Shown here: positions 46,689-55,937 of the stretch, piece after piece | Numbering within the stretch: position 1 is the stretch's first letter | How the letters are laid out: every line of letters begins with the position of its first letter | Position numbers and translations under genes: made by a program | The notes under the pieces: generated by a model | The model's input: the letters and a program-made list of their open reading frames with translations, nothing else | What the model was told of the DNA's origin: nothing | Database searches by the model: none | DNA from: an uncultured Gammaproteobacteria bacterium | GTDB lineage: Bacteria > Patescibacteriota > Patescibacteriia > UBA1558 > UBA10009 | Direction: 5' to 3' | NCBI GenBank assembly: GCA_964588165.1 | Contig: CAZPMS010000002.1 | Span: forward strand, 15,951 to 79,950 | Length of the DNA: 64,000 nt

Positions 46689-46712
46689 AAGAGGGATCTA
46701 GCCCCTCCATTT
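46689..46712 (-). terminator. Intrinsic terminator on the minus strand
   Basis: The reverse complement reads gagggGCTAGATccctc followed by tttttttt. Confidence 0.55.
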
Positions 46713-46919
46713 TGTTGTTAAAAGTTCTCTTTATTTAATTATAGAAATTATTCCAATTTTAGGATAGTGGAAAACTAATTAAACAGAAAATAGGCTACAT
46801 CTCCATCTTTTAATTGGTAATTTTTTGTTTTTAATAGATTTTAAACTTTTGTAGTGCTTGACTTTAATCTAATAATAGGTTAATTTAGGTTTATTACGTT
46901 CAATATACAAGGGGGTACC

Positions 46920-47102
46920 ATGATTGGTCCGCATCCTGATGACTATGTCAGATATACGGCGAAAGAGCTTCGAGATGAAGAAAGACTTTGCGAGAGAATA
47001 GTCAGAGGGTATGGCTTTGATGGGCATGGAAGGATTTGGTGGGCATGGAAGGATTTTCAAGCATTTATGTTTAATCTTTTCAGGCTCAAGCGTCTGTTTT
47101 AA
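46920..47102 (+). CDS. Small hypothetical protein (60 aa) with a strong RBS. It contains a tandem 17-bp duplication.
   Basis: aagggggt sits 6 nt upstream of the ATG. The sequence gggcatggaaggattt occurs twice in tandem (47021-47056). Confidence 0.35.
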   Translation: MIGPHPDDYVRYTAKELRDEERLCERIVRGYGFDGHGRIWWAWKDFQAFMFNLFRLKRLF

Positions 47103-47114
47103 GTGGGCGCTTTT

Positions 47115-48215
47115 TTATTTGTTAAATAAAAAGTAAACAGTATCACCGTCTTTTATTGGGTAGTTTTTACCTTCAGTTTTAATTAGGCCCTGTTCTTTAG
47201 CTTGAATTTCTCCGCCAGCTTCAATTAAACTTTGCCAATTTACAATTTCGGCTCTAATAAAGCCCTGTTCAAAATCGGTATGGATAACTCCGGCTGCCTG
47301 CGGTGCCTGCGTGCCACTTTCAACAGTCCAGGCATGGGCTTCTTTTGGGCCGGCAGTGAAGAAGGTTATGAGATTTAAAAGATTGTAAGATTGTAAGATT
47401 AATTTATCTAAACCACTTTGGCTTATGCCGAGTGTTTCTAAATATTGTTTAGCCTCAACGGCTGGCATAGAGGCCAGTTCAGATTCTAACTTGGCAGATA
47501 TGGTTAAGTAAGGTTTTTTATAATGATCCTTGGATTTAGTTAGTTCATTTTCAGAAACATTATAAACATAAAGGATTGGTTTATAAGTTAGAAGATTTAA
47601 TTCTTTAATAAATTTAATATCTTCATCAGCTACTTCTAAATTAATAGCAAATTTTTCTTCTTCCAGAATCTTTTTTAAGTTTTTTAAAATTTCAATGTTT
47701 TTTAAAAGAATTTTGTCTTTTGACCCAGCTGCTCGCGAGCGGCTGGGAGAACCTTTAGCTTGCTTGGTTAGTTTTTCTAAAAGACCATTAACCGTTTCTA
47801 AGTCGGCCAGGATTAATTCTAAATTAATAGTTTTTACATCATCTTCCGGATCAATTTTGCCGTTTACATGAATTATATCGTCATTAGCAAAATCTCTAAC
47901 CACCTCAGCAATCGCATCAACCTCTCTTATATGAGAAAGGAATTTATTGCCTAAGCCTTCACCATCGGCTGCGCCCTTTACTAGGCCTGCAATATCTACA
48001 AATTCAATAGCGGTTGGTACTACTTTGGGAGAATTATAAAGCTGGGCAAGCTTGTCTAACCTATTATCAGGAACGGCCACCACACCTACATTAGGCTCAA
48101 TAGTGCAAAATGGATAATTAGAAGCATCCACCTGATTTTTAGTTAGGGCAGTAAATAAAGTTGATTTGCCTACATTAGGCAAGCCCACAATGCCGATTGA
48201 AAAACTCATAAACAA
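47115..48215 (-). CDS. ychF: Ribosome-binding ATPase YchF (Obg-like). It carries an in-frame family A palindrome insertion (SPSRSRAAGS).
   Basis: GIVGLPNVGKSTLF. TGS domain. C-terminal ...LNLITFFTAGPKEAHAWT. Confidence 0.85.
   Translation of the reverse strand: MFMSFSIGIVGLPNVGKSTLFTALTKNQVDASNYPFCTIEPNVGVVAVPDNRLDKLAQLYNSPKVVPTAIEFVDIAGLVKGAADGEGLGNKFLSHIREVDAIAEVVRDFANDDIIHVNGKIDPEDDVKTINLELILADLETVNGLLEKLTKQAKGSPSRSRAAGSKDKILLKNIEILKNLKKILEEEKFAINLEVADEDIKFIKELNLLTYKPILYVYNVSENELTKSKDHYKKPYLTISAKLESELASMPAVEAKQYLETLGISQSGLDKLILQSYNLLNLITFFTAGPKEAHAWTVESGTQAPQAAGVIHTDFEQGFIRAEIVNWQSLIEAGGEIQAKEQGLIKTEGKNYPIKDGDTVYFLFNK
47723..47747. repeat. Palindrome family A copy 3, inside the ychF coding sequence and in frame.
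   Basis: acccagctgctcgcgagcggctggg. Confidence 0.7.
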
Positions 48216-48354
48216 AAGTGTAGTTCATTTTTACCTTTTTGGCAACAATTGATTTGTTAGATGATTTTCATATGAATCAGCTTTTAATACTAATTGTTAC
48301 TTTTTTATAAAAATACCGTCTTTATTTTTCAACAAAGACGGTATTATAGCTGAT

Positions 48355-49233
48355 CTAGGAACGACGACGGCAAAAAACAAATTTAGAGTAAGGGAGAAAA
48401 TAACTTTCTTCCTCAGATGATGATTGATAACAATCAAAATAAGCTGAGCCACCGTACTTATTGGAAATACCAAACTGCCAAAAGCGACCTTGGCCATCCT
48501 TAAATAGTTCCATGGCTAGTGTCAAGCTAAGCTCTCCGTCCTCCTTGGGGATTAATGTTCGCAACCTTAGAGCAACTTCCGGTGGACAAGGATCCAAATC
48601 AAACTTTTTTTTGGCTGCTGACAGAATTTTTACCAGGGGAAATGTACTACCATCAGGAAAGCCAAGCTCTTCAAACCTAACAACGTACAAATTCAAGCTT
48701 TCACGTTCATTTTGAATCGGCAGGTTGAGAGCATCAAACTCCATTGGCTTTAGAAGGGTGTTTAGATTATAACCCTTAGCCCTAATGGCTTTAAGCAAGC
48801 CCTTGGTGGTTCTTGGGCCCTGGCCCAACTCTACTGTTTTGTAAACCGGAAAAGGGTTAGGCACATCAAGTCCATGTCTTTGAATAAACTGTCGGAAACG
48901 GTGGGCGGCTTCTTTTGGATGCATATGAAGCCAATGTTGAATCCCAAAATCTTTTTCATCAAGGAAGCTCCAATCTGTGTTTGACATCAATTTCGTCATT
49001 GCCCAGAAAGGAAAGCAATCATGACCCACAGCACTACTCATATTCTGTAAAAATATTGTAAATAAAATTCCAGCAGTTTCAGGGCTACTGATTATATTTG
49101 TTTGTAAGGGTGGGAAATTCACCTTTTTCCAATCAACATTGTTGATTAGGGCAGAAATAATTGCGGCTAGCTGATCAGCTGTGGGGGGCTGCAAAGATTG
49201 GTCGCCATTGGCGATTGGTCTTTGTGCACTCAT
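48355..49233 (-). CDS. Hypothetical protein with elevated GC (about 47%)
   Basis: RBS aaaggagt. No recognisable motifs. Confidence 0.5.
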   Translation of the reverse strand: MSAQRPIANGDQSLQPPTADQLAAIISALINNVDWKKVNFPPLQTNIISSPETAGILFTIFLQNMSSAVGHDCFPFWAMTKLMSNTDWSFLDEKDFGIQHWLHMHPKEAAHRFRQFIQRHGLDVPNPFPVYKTVELGQGPRTTKGLLKAIRAKGYNLNTLLKPMEFDALNLPIQNERESLNLYVVRFEELGFPDGSTFPLVKILSAAKKKFDLDPCPPEVALRLRTLIPKEDGELSLTLAMELFKDGQGRFWQFGISNKYGGSAYFDCYQSSSEEESYFLPYSKFVFCRRRS

Positions 49234-49307
49234 CTTTTTACTCCTTTGTGAAATGTTCTTTTGCTAGAGGACCACCCTTGGCTTATCCATTTGTGGAGGC
49301 CGTAGTC

Positions 49308-49347
49308 ATAGCCAAAAGACATCAATTTTTTAATAGCTTTTGGCTAT
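49308..49347. promoter_or_regulatory. Inverted repeat atagccaaaag-N18-cttttggctat between the TrmB-family regulator gene and the downstream gene. Candidate operator.
   Basis: 11-bp perfect arms. It lies in the 5' leader of 48355..49233. Confidence 0.35.
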
Positions 49348-49432
49348 AACCATTTTTTGGAGTTTATTATATTTAGCTTTTTTTGTAAAGCATTAGCATA
49401 TATCTTATATATTTTACGTGCTGTGGCGTAGT

Positions 49433-50218
49433 TTAATCAATTTTTTTAGCAACTTTGGTAACCTGCCAGGTGATTTCAAATAAATTAAGAAGAGTTTTGT
49501 AAAATTCTTCTGATTCAATAATCATGCCGAAATTTTCTTTTTCCGTGCCAATAAGAGCCACTTTGTCGTCATAAATATATGTTGTCATAGGGAAAACAAA
49601 ATCATCTGAGGCATAATGAAGCTCCCGATTTTCTTTAGTGCTGGCATTCCAGGTTTCTTCAACTTCTTTTTGTTTTGATCTTATAACTTTTAGCTTTATA
49701 CCGGCTTTAATTCTTTTATCTACATAATCATTCATAAAATCTTTGCCTGGAATTTGATATAGATCTTCCATGGAAAGAATACCTCTAAGCAGTTTATCGG
49801 ATGTTGTCAAAGTATCTTCAAAAATAGTCTTTATACCTTCGATACCTTCATAAAGACGCGCTTTTGGTAGTAATCCCTTAGTATTTAATAGGGAAGTTAG
49901 TTCTGGTAACGCTTTTTCTAATTTAATTTGTTTTGCTTTTAAAATATTTAGTAGTTTATTAGGTTTTTCCGCAATATAAATTTTACCCCTGCCTTTAGCA
50001 ATATAACTAACCAAACCCATTTTATTTAGGGTTTGTAGAATTTCATGAACGGTAGTTCGGGGGAGATTGGCTTTTTTAGCTATTTCTATAACGCTTCCTC
50101 GGCCGGTTTCTAGGGCAGCTAAGTAAACATCACCTTTGCTTTTATTTAGGCCTATTTCATTTAAAATAGTTTGAATTGACATATTTTTAAATTTAATGAC
50201 GATTATTTTTGACAACAT
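49433..50218 (-). CDS. TrmB-family transcriptional regulator
   Basis: N-terminal wHTH IQTILNEIGLNKSKGDVYLAALETGRGSVIEIAKKANLPRTTVHEILQTLNKMGLV. Confidence 0.65.
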   Translation of the reverse strand: MLSKIIVIKFKNMSIQTILNEIGLNKSKGDVYLAALETGRGSVIEIAKKANLPRTTVHEILQTLNKMGLVSYIAKGRGKIYIAEKPNKLLNILKAKQIKLEKALPELTSLLNTKGLLPKARLYEGIEGIKTIFEDTLTTSDKLLRGILSMEDLYQIPGKDFMNDYVDKRIKAGIKLKVIRSKQKEVEETWNASTKENRELHYASDDFVFPMTTYIYDDKVALIGTEKENFGMIIESEEFYKTLLNLFEITWQVTKVAKKID

Positions 50219-50369
50219 TAATATTATATATTATTGGCTAATTTTAGTCAAATTAAATTTATTATTGCTAAATATTGATAACTATAGTCGGAATATATTG
50301 ACATAAATTAATATTTAATTTACAATAACTTGATTTGTACATTGGAAAACTTTCAAAAAGGAGGATAAT

Positions 50370-50855
50370 ATGAGCAATAAGGCTCAGTTTGATTCTAATT
50401 CTTTAGTGCAGTTTGAATTCAGCCGTCAAGTTGAGGTAGACCGAAGTCGTGATCCCTGGTTCATTATTGATCGTTTAGACATGGACGTGTCTGTTGAACA
50501 TTTTGATGACTGTGCGGACCAAAATGATCTTGTTTTATCTATGAAACGTAATAAAGAAAATAGCGTAGAAGTTTTTTACTTCAGTTTAGATCGTTTTGTT
50601 TCCGGAAATGAACTGGAGCAGGAATATAAAAATCGCGGCCTTATTTCGGATCCCTATGCTCATATCCAAGCCGTCATTGATGATCCTAACTTCTTCAGTA
50701 GGCTTCTAACTGCTTCGCAGTGGCGTGACCCTAAAGGCAAGTTATGTCGCTGCACTATCACTCCTAGACATGACATGCCTGGATTTAAATTATGTATAAA
50801 TACATATAATACTGGCTGGCTTTGGACTTTTTTATTTGCTGGCATCCGTCCTTAG
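50370..50855 (+). CDS. Hypothetical protein
   Basis: RBS aaaaggagg. A TTGACA-17-TACAAT promoter lies upstream. Divergent from the TrmB-like gene. Confidence 0.5.
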   Translation: MSNKAQFDSNSLVQFEFSRQVEVDRSRDPWFIIDRLDMDVSVEHFDDCADQNDLVLSMKRNKENSVEVFYFSLDRFVSGNELEQEYKNRGLISDPYAHIQAVIDDPNFFSRLLTASQWRDPKGKLCRCTITPRHDMPGFKLCINTYNTGWLWTFLFAGIRP

Positions 50856-50986
50856 GATCGAGTCTAACCCCCGCTTTAATTTATAGATCATCTGAAATGA
50901 AGCGGGTTTTTTTCTTTTTAGCAATGATTGACAAATTTTCAGAGACCTATAAAGTTAAATTAGAGCTATAAATTATTAATAAATTT

Positions 50987-51244
50987 ATGCCAGAAGAATT
51001 AATAGGAAAAGTTACCCACTATTTTAATAAAATCGGGGTGGCAGTGGTAAAGGCTGAAAAAGGGGAATTGGCTGTAGGTGATACCATCCACTTTAAACAT
51101 GGTGAAAGAGATTTTGAGCAACAGATCGTATCAATGCAGGTGGACAAGGAACCGGTAGAAAAAATAAAAAAGGGTGAAGAAGCAGGAATGAAAGTCGATG
51201 AACCGGTTAAAGAAGGCGATGAGGTTTACAAGGTAACGGAATAA
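50987..51244 (+). CDS. Small hypothetical protein (possible beta-barrel, TRAM/EF-Tu-domain-2-like).
   Basis: 85 aa, GKVTHYFNKIGVAVVKAEKGELAVGDTIHF. Confidence 0.35.
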   Translation: MPEELIGKVTHYFNKIGVAVVKAEKGELAVGDTIHFKHGERDFEQQIVSMQVDKEPVEKIKKGEEAGMKVDEPVKEGDEVYKVTE

Positions 51245-51338
51245 CTTTTTCAAAAAATTTAAGAGGTCAGTTATTGGCTTAGGCCAGGCTGGCTTTTATT
51301 ATTGATTTTTAGGAATAAGACAGCTATAATACCCAAAC

Positions 51339-51764
51339 ATGAAATTACTATCAAAGCTAATTCCTTTGTTCATTATAATTCCGCTTATTGAGTTGGCACT
51401 TTTAATTCAGATTGGTAAATTGATAGGTGCTTGGCAAACAATCGGCTTAGTTATTATTACCGGAATTTTAGGGGCGGTACTGGCACAAATGGAAGGCCTT
51501 AGAACTTGGACAAATTTACAGTCAGATTTAGTGCAGGCTAAAATGCCAACGGATAGAATTATTGACGGCGTGATGATTTTAGTTGGTGGAATTTTACTTT
51601 TAACTCCAGGTGTTTTAACTGATATTTTCGGTTTTAGTTTAATACTGCCATTTACCAGACCGGCTTACCGTCATTTTTTAAAGAAGAAGTTTAAGGGAAG
51701 ATTTAATCAACCATATCAAAGAGATAACGTAAAAGTAGTTGAAATATTAGAAAATAAAAAATAA
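51339..51764 (+). CDS. fxsA: FxsA family membrane protein
   Basis: LFIIIPLIELALLIQIGKLIG...ILLLTPGVLTDIFGFSLILPFTRP. Confidence 0.7.
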   Translation: MKLLSKLIPLFIIIPLIELALLIQIGKLIGAWQTIGLVIITGILGAVLAQMEGLRTWTNLQSDLVQAKMPTDRIIDGVMILVGGILLLTPGVLTDIFGFSLILPFTRPAYRHFLKKKFKGRFNQPYQRDNVKVVEILENKK

Positions 51765-51785
51765 TTATTTATAATTTATAAATCT

Positions 51786-52358
51786 ATGATCAATAAAACA
51801 CTCCTGGCCAACATTAAGAAAAAAATGGAAACTTATCAAAAAGAACGGAACCAAATTATTGGCGATTCCCGAAGAATCCTGCAGGCTTCTAAAAAAGCTA
51901 TTTTTGCTCTGCATAGAGCAGACAAAAAATCGGCTAAGCAGTTTATGGCCGATGCGGAGAAAGGTTTAGCCCAGCTTAATAAAACCTACAACAAAGGCAA
52001 CCGCTTAAGATTTGAAGGTAGTTTTAAGGCGGCGGTAGAGGAATATGTAGAAGCTAAAATGTTTGCCACTGTTTTAGAAAAAAAGAGTTTATCTGAACTT
52101 AAAATAGAAAATATTGGTCCAGAGGAATATATTGGTGGTTTAGCTGATACAACAGGTGAATTAGTAAGGCAAGCTGTTTTACAGGCAACCAATGGAAATA
52201 CCAAAGAACTCAAACGTTATAAAGAAATAACTGAAGAAATTGTAGGTTTTCTACTTACTTTATATTTAACCGGCCACATGCGTCAGAAATTTGATGAAAC
52301 CAAACGCAATTTGAAACGCCTTGAACAAATTATATACGATATACAGATTAGAAAATAA
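51786..52358 (+). CDS. Translin-family protein
   Basis: EEYIGGLADTTGELVRQAV matches the translin motif (Y.GLAD.TGEL.R). All-helical, about 190 aa. Confidence 0.55.
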   Translation: MINKTLLANIKKKMETYQKERNQIIGDSRRILQASKKAIFALHRADKKSAKQFMADAEKGLAQLNKTYNKGNRLRFEGSFKAAVEEYVEAKMFATVLEKKSLSELKIENIGPEEYIGGLADTTGELVRQAVLQATNGNTKELKRYKEITEEIVGFLLTLYLTGHMRQKFDETKRNLKRLEQIIYDIQIRK

Positions 52359-52438
52359 TACGCCCGCCCGCCATGGCTCCGCCGAAGGCGAGTCGGGCGG
52401 GGAGCAGATAATTTATGAAGTTTCAATCAGGGATTAAT

Positions 52439-52585
52439 ATGGATATGACTAAGTCAAAACTGTCAAAATCAATAAGAAAATATATTAGAGGCGAGAAAGC
52501 TAAAATTCGCAAAACTTTTTCTAATCCCGAAGAAGCTGAAAGAAAAGTAAAAGAATTAATTCAAAAATTCATAACCAATGACTAA
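52439..52585 (+). CDS. Small basic hypothetical protein (48 aa), overlapping the uvrD start by 8 nt.
   Basis: MDMTKSKLSKSIRKYIRGEKAKIRKTF... An agggatt RBS-like sequence is present. It is below the ORF-track cut-off. Confidence 0.3.
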   Translation: MDMTKSKLSKSIRKYIRGEKAKIRKTFSNPEEAERKVKELIQKFITND

Positions 52586-54662
52586 AACTTTTGTTTTAAA
52601 AGACCAGGAGATTCCTAAAGATTTAAAGGTAGATTACCAGTCAGAATTAAATAAGGAACAATACCAAGTGGTAACCGGGGCCGAGGGGCCTTGTTTAGTC
52701 TTAGCCGGTGCTGGTAGTGGTAAAACCAGAACTATTGTTTATAGAGTAGCTTATCTTATAGAAAGAGGAGTAAGCCCTGAAAATATTTTATTAGTAACTT
52801 TTACCAATAAAGCAGCCAAAGAAATGTTAAAAAGGGTAGAAATGCTTTTAGGTAAATTCCCCGAAAAGTTATGGGGTGGCACTTTTCATCATATTGGTAA
52901 TCGAATTTTAAGAAAATACGCCAAGCTTTTGGGTTATCAATCCAATTTTACTATCTTAGACGAAGAAGATGCTAAAAGTTTAATAAAAGTTTGTATTAAA
53001 GAAGAGGGCGTGGATATAAAGGCACGTCGTTTTCCTTCAGCTGCTGTTTTAAAAGATGTAATAAGCTATTCAAAAAATTCTCAAACCAAACTTAAAGAAG
53101 TAATAGAAGCCAGGCATCCAAAATGGCTGGAATTGGAGCCTCAAATTAAAAATATAAGCCATCGGTATCAGCTAAAAAAGCAGGATAACAATAGCATGGA
53201 TTTTGATGATCTACTGGTTAACTGGTTAAAATTATTAAAACAAGAACCAAAAGTTAAAGAAAGGCTGGCCTCTCAATTCCAATATGTTTTAGTGGATGAA
53301 TACCAAGATACCAATTATATTCAAGCTTCCATTATTAAAGAACTATCTTCTGTCCATAAAAATATTTTGGTAGTGGGTGATGATGCCCAAAGTATCTACT
53401 CGTTTAGGGCGGCAGATATTGGTAATATTTTAAATTTCCAAAAAAACTTTCCCGGCGCCAAATTATTTAAATTAGAAACCAATTATCGTTCCACTCCAGA
53501 AATTTTAAATGTAGCTAACGAAGTTATTAAACAAAATGTGGCCCAGTACCCTAAAGTACTTCAGCCTAAATTAAAGAATTTTGTAAAACCCAGCTTGGTT
53601 CCATCTACTTCCGCCGGTCAAGAAGCTGATTTTATTAGCCAACAGATTTTGCAGTTAAGAGAAGAGGGCGTACCTTTAAAAAAGATGGCTGTTTTATTTA
53701 GAGCGGCCCACCATTCACAAGAACTGGAGTTCCAGCTAACTAAAAGAGATATCCCTTATGATTATCGGGGCGGGGTTAGGTTTTTTGAACGAGCTCATAT
53801 AAAAGATATTTTGGCTTTTTTAAAAGTGATGTCTAATCCTAAAGATGAAGTTTCTTGGATGAGAATTCTAACTTTGCAGGTAGGTATTGGTGACGTCATG
53901 GCCAGTAGAATTTATGCCAAGGTAAAAGATTTAGATTGTCCGATTGCTTGTGTTGAAGCAGATTTAACTGATGTTTTAACATCCAAGGCTCAAATTGGCT
54001 GGCAAGCGGTGGTAAATATTTTTAAAAAAGATTTAAAGATAGAAAGATTGAAAGATTTAAATGATCCGGCTGAATTTATCAGGTCATTGGCAAAATCGGA
54101 TTATCGTAATTATTTAGAGGCTAGTCATCCAAATTGGCAGGAACGTTTAGAGGATTTGGAACAGTTGGCTAAGTTTTCGGAAAATTATGAAGACACCAAT
54201 TCATTTTTAGCAGAGATAACTTTACAAGAGGCCTTTGCTGTTAGTCGAGCTGAGCTCGATGAGCGAATCCAAACAGATGTCAGCGACGATGAAAGATTAA
54301 TTTTATCAACCATTCATCAAGCTAAAGGTTTGGAGTGGGAAGTGGTTTTTGTTATCAATTTGGTAGATATGGCTTTTCCAAATCGCAGAGCCCAAACAGA
54401 AAAAGGAGGCTTAGAAGAAGAGAGAAGATTATTTTATGTGGCCGTTACCAGGGCCAAAAGGCAGTTGTTTATGTCTTATCCAATAACGGGCAGTTATTCA
54501 TCAATGTTTTTGAATACGCCCTCCCAGTTTTTGCAAGAAATTCCCGAAGAATTAATGGAAGAGATGAAATTATTAAGCAGTAGCAATTGGATAAAGAATG
54601 ATGATTTAGATGATCGAGCTAAGCTCGATGATGGCGATGTTCAATATCTGCCGGAAGTTTAA
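52578..54662 (+). CDS. uvrD: ATP-dependent DNA helicase of the UvrD/PcrA/Rep family. It carries two in-frame family F palindromes.
   Basis: GPCLVLAGAGSGKT. DEYQDTN. Motifs IV-VI. VTRAKRQL. Confidence 0.85.
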   Translation: MTKTFVLKDQEIPKDLKVDYQSELNKEQYQVVTGAEGPCLVLAGAGSGKTRTIVYRVAYLIERGVSPENILLVTFTNKAAKEMLKRVEMLLGKFPEKLWGGTFHHIGNRILRKYAKLLGYQSNFTILDEEDAKSLIKVCIKEEGVDIKARRFPSAAVLKDVISYSKNSQTKLKEVIEARHPKWLELEPQIKNISHRYQLKKQDNNSMDFDDLLVNWLKLLKQEPKVKERLASQFQYVLVDEYQDTNYIQASIIKELSSVHKNILVVGDDAQSIYSFRAADIGNILNFQKNFPGAKLFKLETNYRSTPEILNVANEVIKQNVAQYPKVLQPKLKNFVKPSLVPSTSAGQEADFISQQILQLREEGVPLKKMAVLFRAAHHSQELEFQLTKRDIPYDYRGGVRFFERAHIKDILAFLKVMSNPKDEVSWMRILTLQVGIGDVMASRIYAKVKDLDCPIACVEADLTDVLTSKAQIGWQAVVNIFKKDLKIERLKDLNDPAEFIRSLAKSDYRNYLEASHPNWQERLEDLEQLAKFSENYEDTNSFLAEITLQEAFAVSRAELDERIQTDVSDDERLILSTIHQAKGLEWEVVFVINLVDMAFPNRRAQTEKGGLEEERRLFYVAVTRAKRQLFMSYPITGSYSSMFLNTPSQFLQEIPEELMEEMKLLSSSNWIKNDDLDDRAKLDDGDVQYLPEV

Positions 54663-54704
54663 GTGCCAAACAAAATATGGTAAAATACTTTAGCAAGTGT
54701 TTTT

Positions 54705-55043
54705 ATGAAAATTTTAGGAAAAGTTATTAAAGGTAAGGGCTTAGGCTATAAAACTGCTAATTTAAAAATAGAAAGCAGGAATTTACTTAATGATTTGGCA
54801 GACGGAGTTTATTTAGCCAAAGTTTTTTATAAAGATATAAAATATCCGGCCATAGCCATTAAAGGCGTTCGGCAAGATTTAGAAGTTAGGCTTTTAGATT
54901 TTGAAGGAGATTTATACAGCCAATTTTTAGAAGTAGAGATTTTAGAAAAAATGAGGAATCTAGCAGAATTTAATGATAAAGAAAAGCTTTTTAAAAAAAT
55001 TGATGAGGACATAAAAAGGGCTAAGGAGCTTTTTCACAGATGA
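54705..55043 (+). CDS. Riboflavin kinase domain protein
   Basis: GKGLGYKTANL...DGVY...NIG (compare the RibF C-terminal domain, GFPTANL). Confidence 0.65.
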   Translation: MKILGKVIKGKGLGYKTANLKIESRNLLNDLADGVYLAKVFYKDIKYPAIAIKGVRQDLEVRLLDFEGDLYSQFLEVEILEKMRNLAEFNDKEKLFKKIDEDIKRAKELFHR

Positions 55044-55125
55044 ATCGCAGATATGCCCGCAGATAACCCACAGATATCTCGCAGATAGATTATTATTAAC
55101 TTTTATTCATTAATCATTAATATAA

Positions 55126-55902
55126 ATGGGTGATAAATTAGTTTTAGATTTAGAAACAAAAAAATCTTTTGAAGAAGTAGGCGGCGACCATAATAAAGAC
55201 AAGCTGGAAGTTTCGGTTTGTGGAATTTATTCTTATGATAAAGATCAATTCAGGTGTTTTAGAGAAGAGGAGTTTAAAGAAATGGGCGAATGGTTAAAGA
55301 ACGCTTCGTTGATAATTGGTTTTAACAGTAAATATTTTGATTTTGCGGTCCTGCAGCCTTATTATAAATTTAAGCTTTCCAAACTGCCTCATTTGGATAT
55401 TTTAGAGGAAGTCACCCACGCTCTAGGGCACAGGCTTAAACTTGAGTCCATTGCCCAGGCAACTTTAGGTGAAGGCAAATCCGGTAGCGGTTTAGATGCT
55501 CTTAAGTATTATAAAAATGGTGATTGGAATACTTTAGAAAAATATTGTTTAGACGATGTTAGAATTACCCGTGATGTTTATGAATACGGTAAAAAACATG
55601 GCCATCTGTGGTACGAAAACAGAGGCAGAAGAGAAACAATACCGGTTAGGTGGAACGGTGATCAGACAATTAAACATCAAATAGTGGATGCTTACAGAAA
55701 CGGCGAACAGGTAGAGATTGAATATTTAAAAACAGAAACCGAAGATAGAACTATAAGAAAAATTGATATTAGGACTATAAAAAATAATCAAGTTCAAGCT
55801 TATTGCCATTTAAAGCAAGCTATTAGAATTTTCAATATAGATAAGGTTATGGATGTTAAATCTGTGGGTCAAGCAGAAAATTGGCAGACAAAGTTGTTTT
55901 AG
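55126..55902 (+). CDS. DEDD-family 3'-5' exonuclease (YprB/RNase_H_2-like)
   Basis: LVLDLETKK Exo I motif. YCLDDV. Confidence 0.55.
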   Translation: MGDKLVLDLETKKSFEEVGGDHNKDKLEVSVCGIYSYDKDQFRCFREEEFKEMGEWLKNASLIIGFNSKYFDFAVLQPYYKFKLSKLPHLDILEEVTHALGHRLKLESIAQATLGEGKSGSGLDALKYYKNGDWNTLEKYCLDDVRITRDVYEYGKKHGHLWYENRGRRETIPVRWNGDQTIKHQIVDAYRNGEQVEIEYLKTETEDRTIRKIDIRTIKNNQVQAYCHLKQAIRIFNIDKVMDVKSVGQAENWQTKLF

Positions 55903-55937
55903 GCTCTAGTAATCGGTAACTAGTAACTAGGGATTAT

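Noticed and set aside
47361-47400. Tandem 8-mer 'agattgta' inside ychF as an insertion
   Set aside because: The encoded residues (ILQSYNLLNL) align to the conserved YchF C-terminus (YKLLNL). It is coding sequence that happens to be repetitive, not an insert.
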